A DNA stretch of 64,000 nucleotides from Tricharina praecox (lineage: Eukaryota), in the NCBI RefSeq assembly GCF_024521635.1, contig NW_026250407.1, positions 372,001 to 436,000 of the forward strand, read 5' to 3'. The first letter of the stretch is position 1; each line of letters opens with the position of its first letter. Under the pieces are notes generated by a model that worked only from the letters and a program-made list of their open reading frames with translations, did not search any database and had not been told where the DNA came from. The position numbers were made by a program, and so were the translations under genes. This document shows, piece after piece, positions 62,493-64,000 of this stretch.

Positions 62493-63054
62493 ATGGCGGG
62501 TTAGAGGCTGAAGACCTCGATGAATTTCGCATGTAAAATAGAGGACGCATGATTATAAATGATATACCAATGCAAACTGCAACATACCCCTTCAATTCGA
62601 GTGACCATATTCATTTTTCATACGATATCACTCGAGAATCACCACACGGCATTATTTTTTTTGGTTGGCCCAGGATACTGTGGACAGGAAAGGACAAATG
62701 TACGGCCGTCATAGTCATGAATAGTTAGAATACGTGTATGATCGAATCAATAAGACTGGCTAAGAAGATCTCAATGTTGCTGGCCCGGAGCAGCGGGCTC
62801 TCGTGGAAAAAGTATACGCACAATCTCACCAGCCTAGGTAGAAAGTCATAAGGACCTTGATCAAAGGGTGTACTTTCAGTCCACAGGGCCAAAAACGGCC
62901 CTCATCTGCTACAGCAGGAGGTATCGATGACTCTATCCATTTTTGTAGAACCCTTTTAATTACCAAAGTAGAACGTCATCGAGAAAAAAAAAGCGAAAAA
63001 AGTTCCGATCCCAAGAGCACACACACAATCGATTCCCAAGAGTTGTTGTTGCAT

Positions 63055-64000
63055 CTATTCGACAGCGATCTGCCGGCCACCCCTCCGTCCAGCCTCCATT
63101 CCAGCACCACTGCCACTGGGACCGCCACCGCTGCCCTGCTCCTTCTGCTGCTCCTTGGCAGCCCTCACAACCTGCAGAATGCTGCTCAGCGAGTCCTTCC
63201 ACACGTCCAGACGGTCGGCGACCTGCTCCCACTCGGACATGCCGAACGTCCGGCTCTCGGCACGGTGTATCAGGAACGTCTGGTTGAGCTGCGAGAGCTT
63301 TCCCTCGACCAGGCCGGCGCGGATCACATCGATGACCCAGAGCTCGACTTCCTCCGAGGGCACGTGCAGGCGGCGCGAGATGTTGATGTAGGGGAGCTCG
63401 CGGTCGGGGCACGAGGCGGCGAGAGACGTCAGCGTGAGCAGACGGATCTTGCGGTAGGCGATGGCGTGGTCAATGCCGTTGTCGTCGACCCAGCCCTCGT
63501 GCTCGTCGTTGAACTCGATGTAGTCCTCCAACTGGCCGCCGGCAAATACATCGTACAGTTGGAACAGCTCTGGGTCGGAGTCTTGGAGAGCCTGGATGGT
63601 GGGGAAGGTGGAGAGTTCCTCGAGGTCGAGACGGCTGGGGAGGTTGATGGCCGCCTTGACGAGGCGGGTGGCGAGCTCGCGCGCTTGTGGTGCCGATGCC
63701 TCTGCGTCCGGGAATGTCTGCAGGGCCTTGACAAGGAACTTGTAGAACTGCTCTTCGTCGCTGGCCTCCTCGGCGATGTTGGCGATCTCCAGGTAGAGAT
63801 CCCGGGCCTCCTCTACGCTGACCGACCACTCGGAAATCCACTTGTCGACATTCTTGAGCTGCGGGGCGAGGGTGTCGTACAGGCTGTGTGCGGCGATCAC
63901 CTTCAAGGTAGTGCGGTAGACGGGGTAGCGCGCAGGGCTGTTGACGGGGAGGACATTGAAGATGGTCGACAGGACCGAGATGACCAGGGCGGGACCGTTG
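63055..64000 (-). CDS. eIF3m: Eukaryotic translation initiation factor 3 subunit M (PCI domain), 5' end beyond window
   Basis: RKIRLLTLTSLAA..RELPY..I...L.VP.EEVELWVIDVIRAGLVEGKLSQ..Q.FLIHR...RTFG..EW. Confidence 0.9.
   Translation of the reverse strand, partial: NGPALVISVLSTIFNVLPVNSPARYPVYRTTLKVIAAHSLYDTLAPQLKNVDKWISEWSVSVEEARDLYLEIANIAEEASDEEQFYKFLVKALQTFPDAEASAPQARELATRLVKAAINLPSRLDLEELSTFPTIQALQDSDPELFQLYDVFAGGQLEDYIEFNDEHEGWVDDNGIDHAIAYRKIRLLTLTSLAASCPDRELPYINISRRLHVPSEEVELWVIDVIRAGLVEGKLSQLNQTFLIHRAESRTFGMSEWEQVADRLDVWKDSLSSILQVVRAAKEQQKEQGSGGGPSGSGAGMEAGRRGGRQIAVE

Overview
Intron-containing, GC-rich genomic DNA from a filamentous ascomycete (short GT-AG introns with CTRAC-type branch sites; fungal TRP4, MSL5/BBP, RIC1, NAR1, CGR1, eIF3m and Het-C family genes). 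About 25 protein-coding genes can be modelled. Housekeeping blocks (2-17 kb and 50-64 kb) flank a gene-poor, more plastic interval (17-50 kb). The most striking structure is a pair of 1.7-2.1 kb inverted repeats (17138-~18850 and ~29430-31549) enclosing a ~10.6 kb segment with three genes. Each arm carries a ~700 bp near-identical core (I see 1 SNP and one 2-bp indel) holding a small unknown spliced ORF, while the rest of each arm is clearly diverged. This suggests ongoing homogenisation or a flippable segment. Directly beside it is a second, older inverted duplication of a CAP/PR-1 gene. Also notable: an internally deleted Mutator (MULE) element with degenerate TIRs and a duplicated MuDR-type domain; a succinyl-CoA ligase alpha-beta fusion whose linker resembles an internal mitochondrial presequence; and a signal-peptide-bearing FMN-dependent 2-hydroxy-acid oxidase. 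Exon boundaries and identities were read by eye; no database searches were run.
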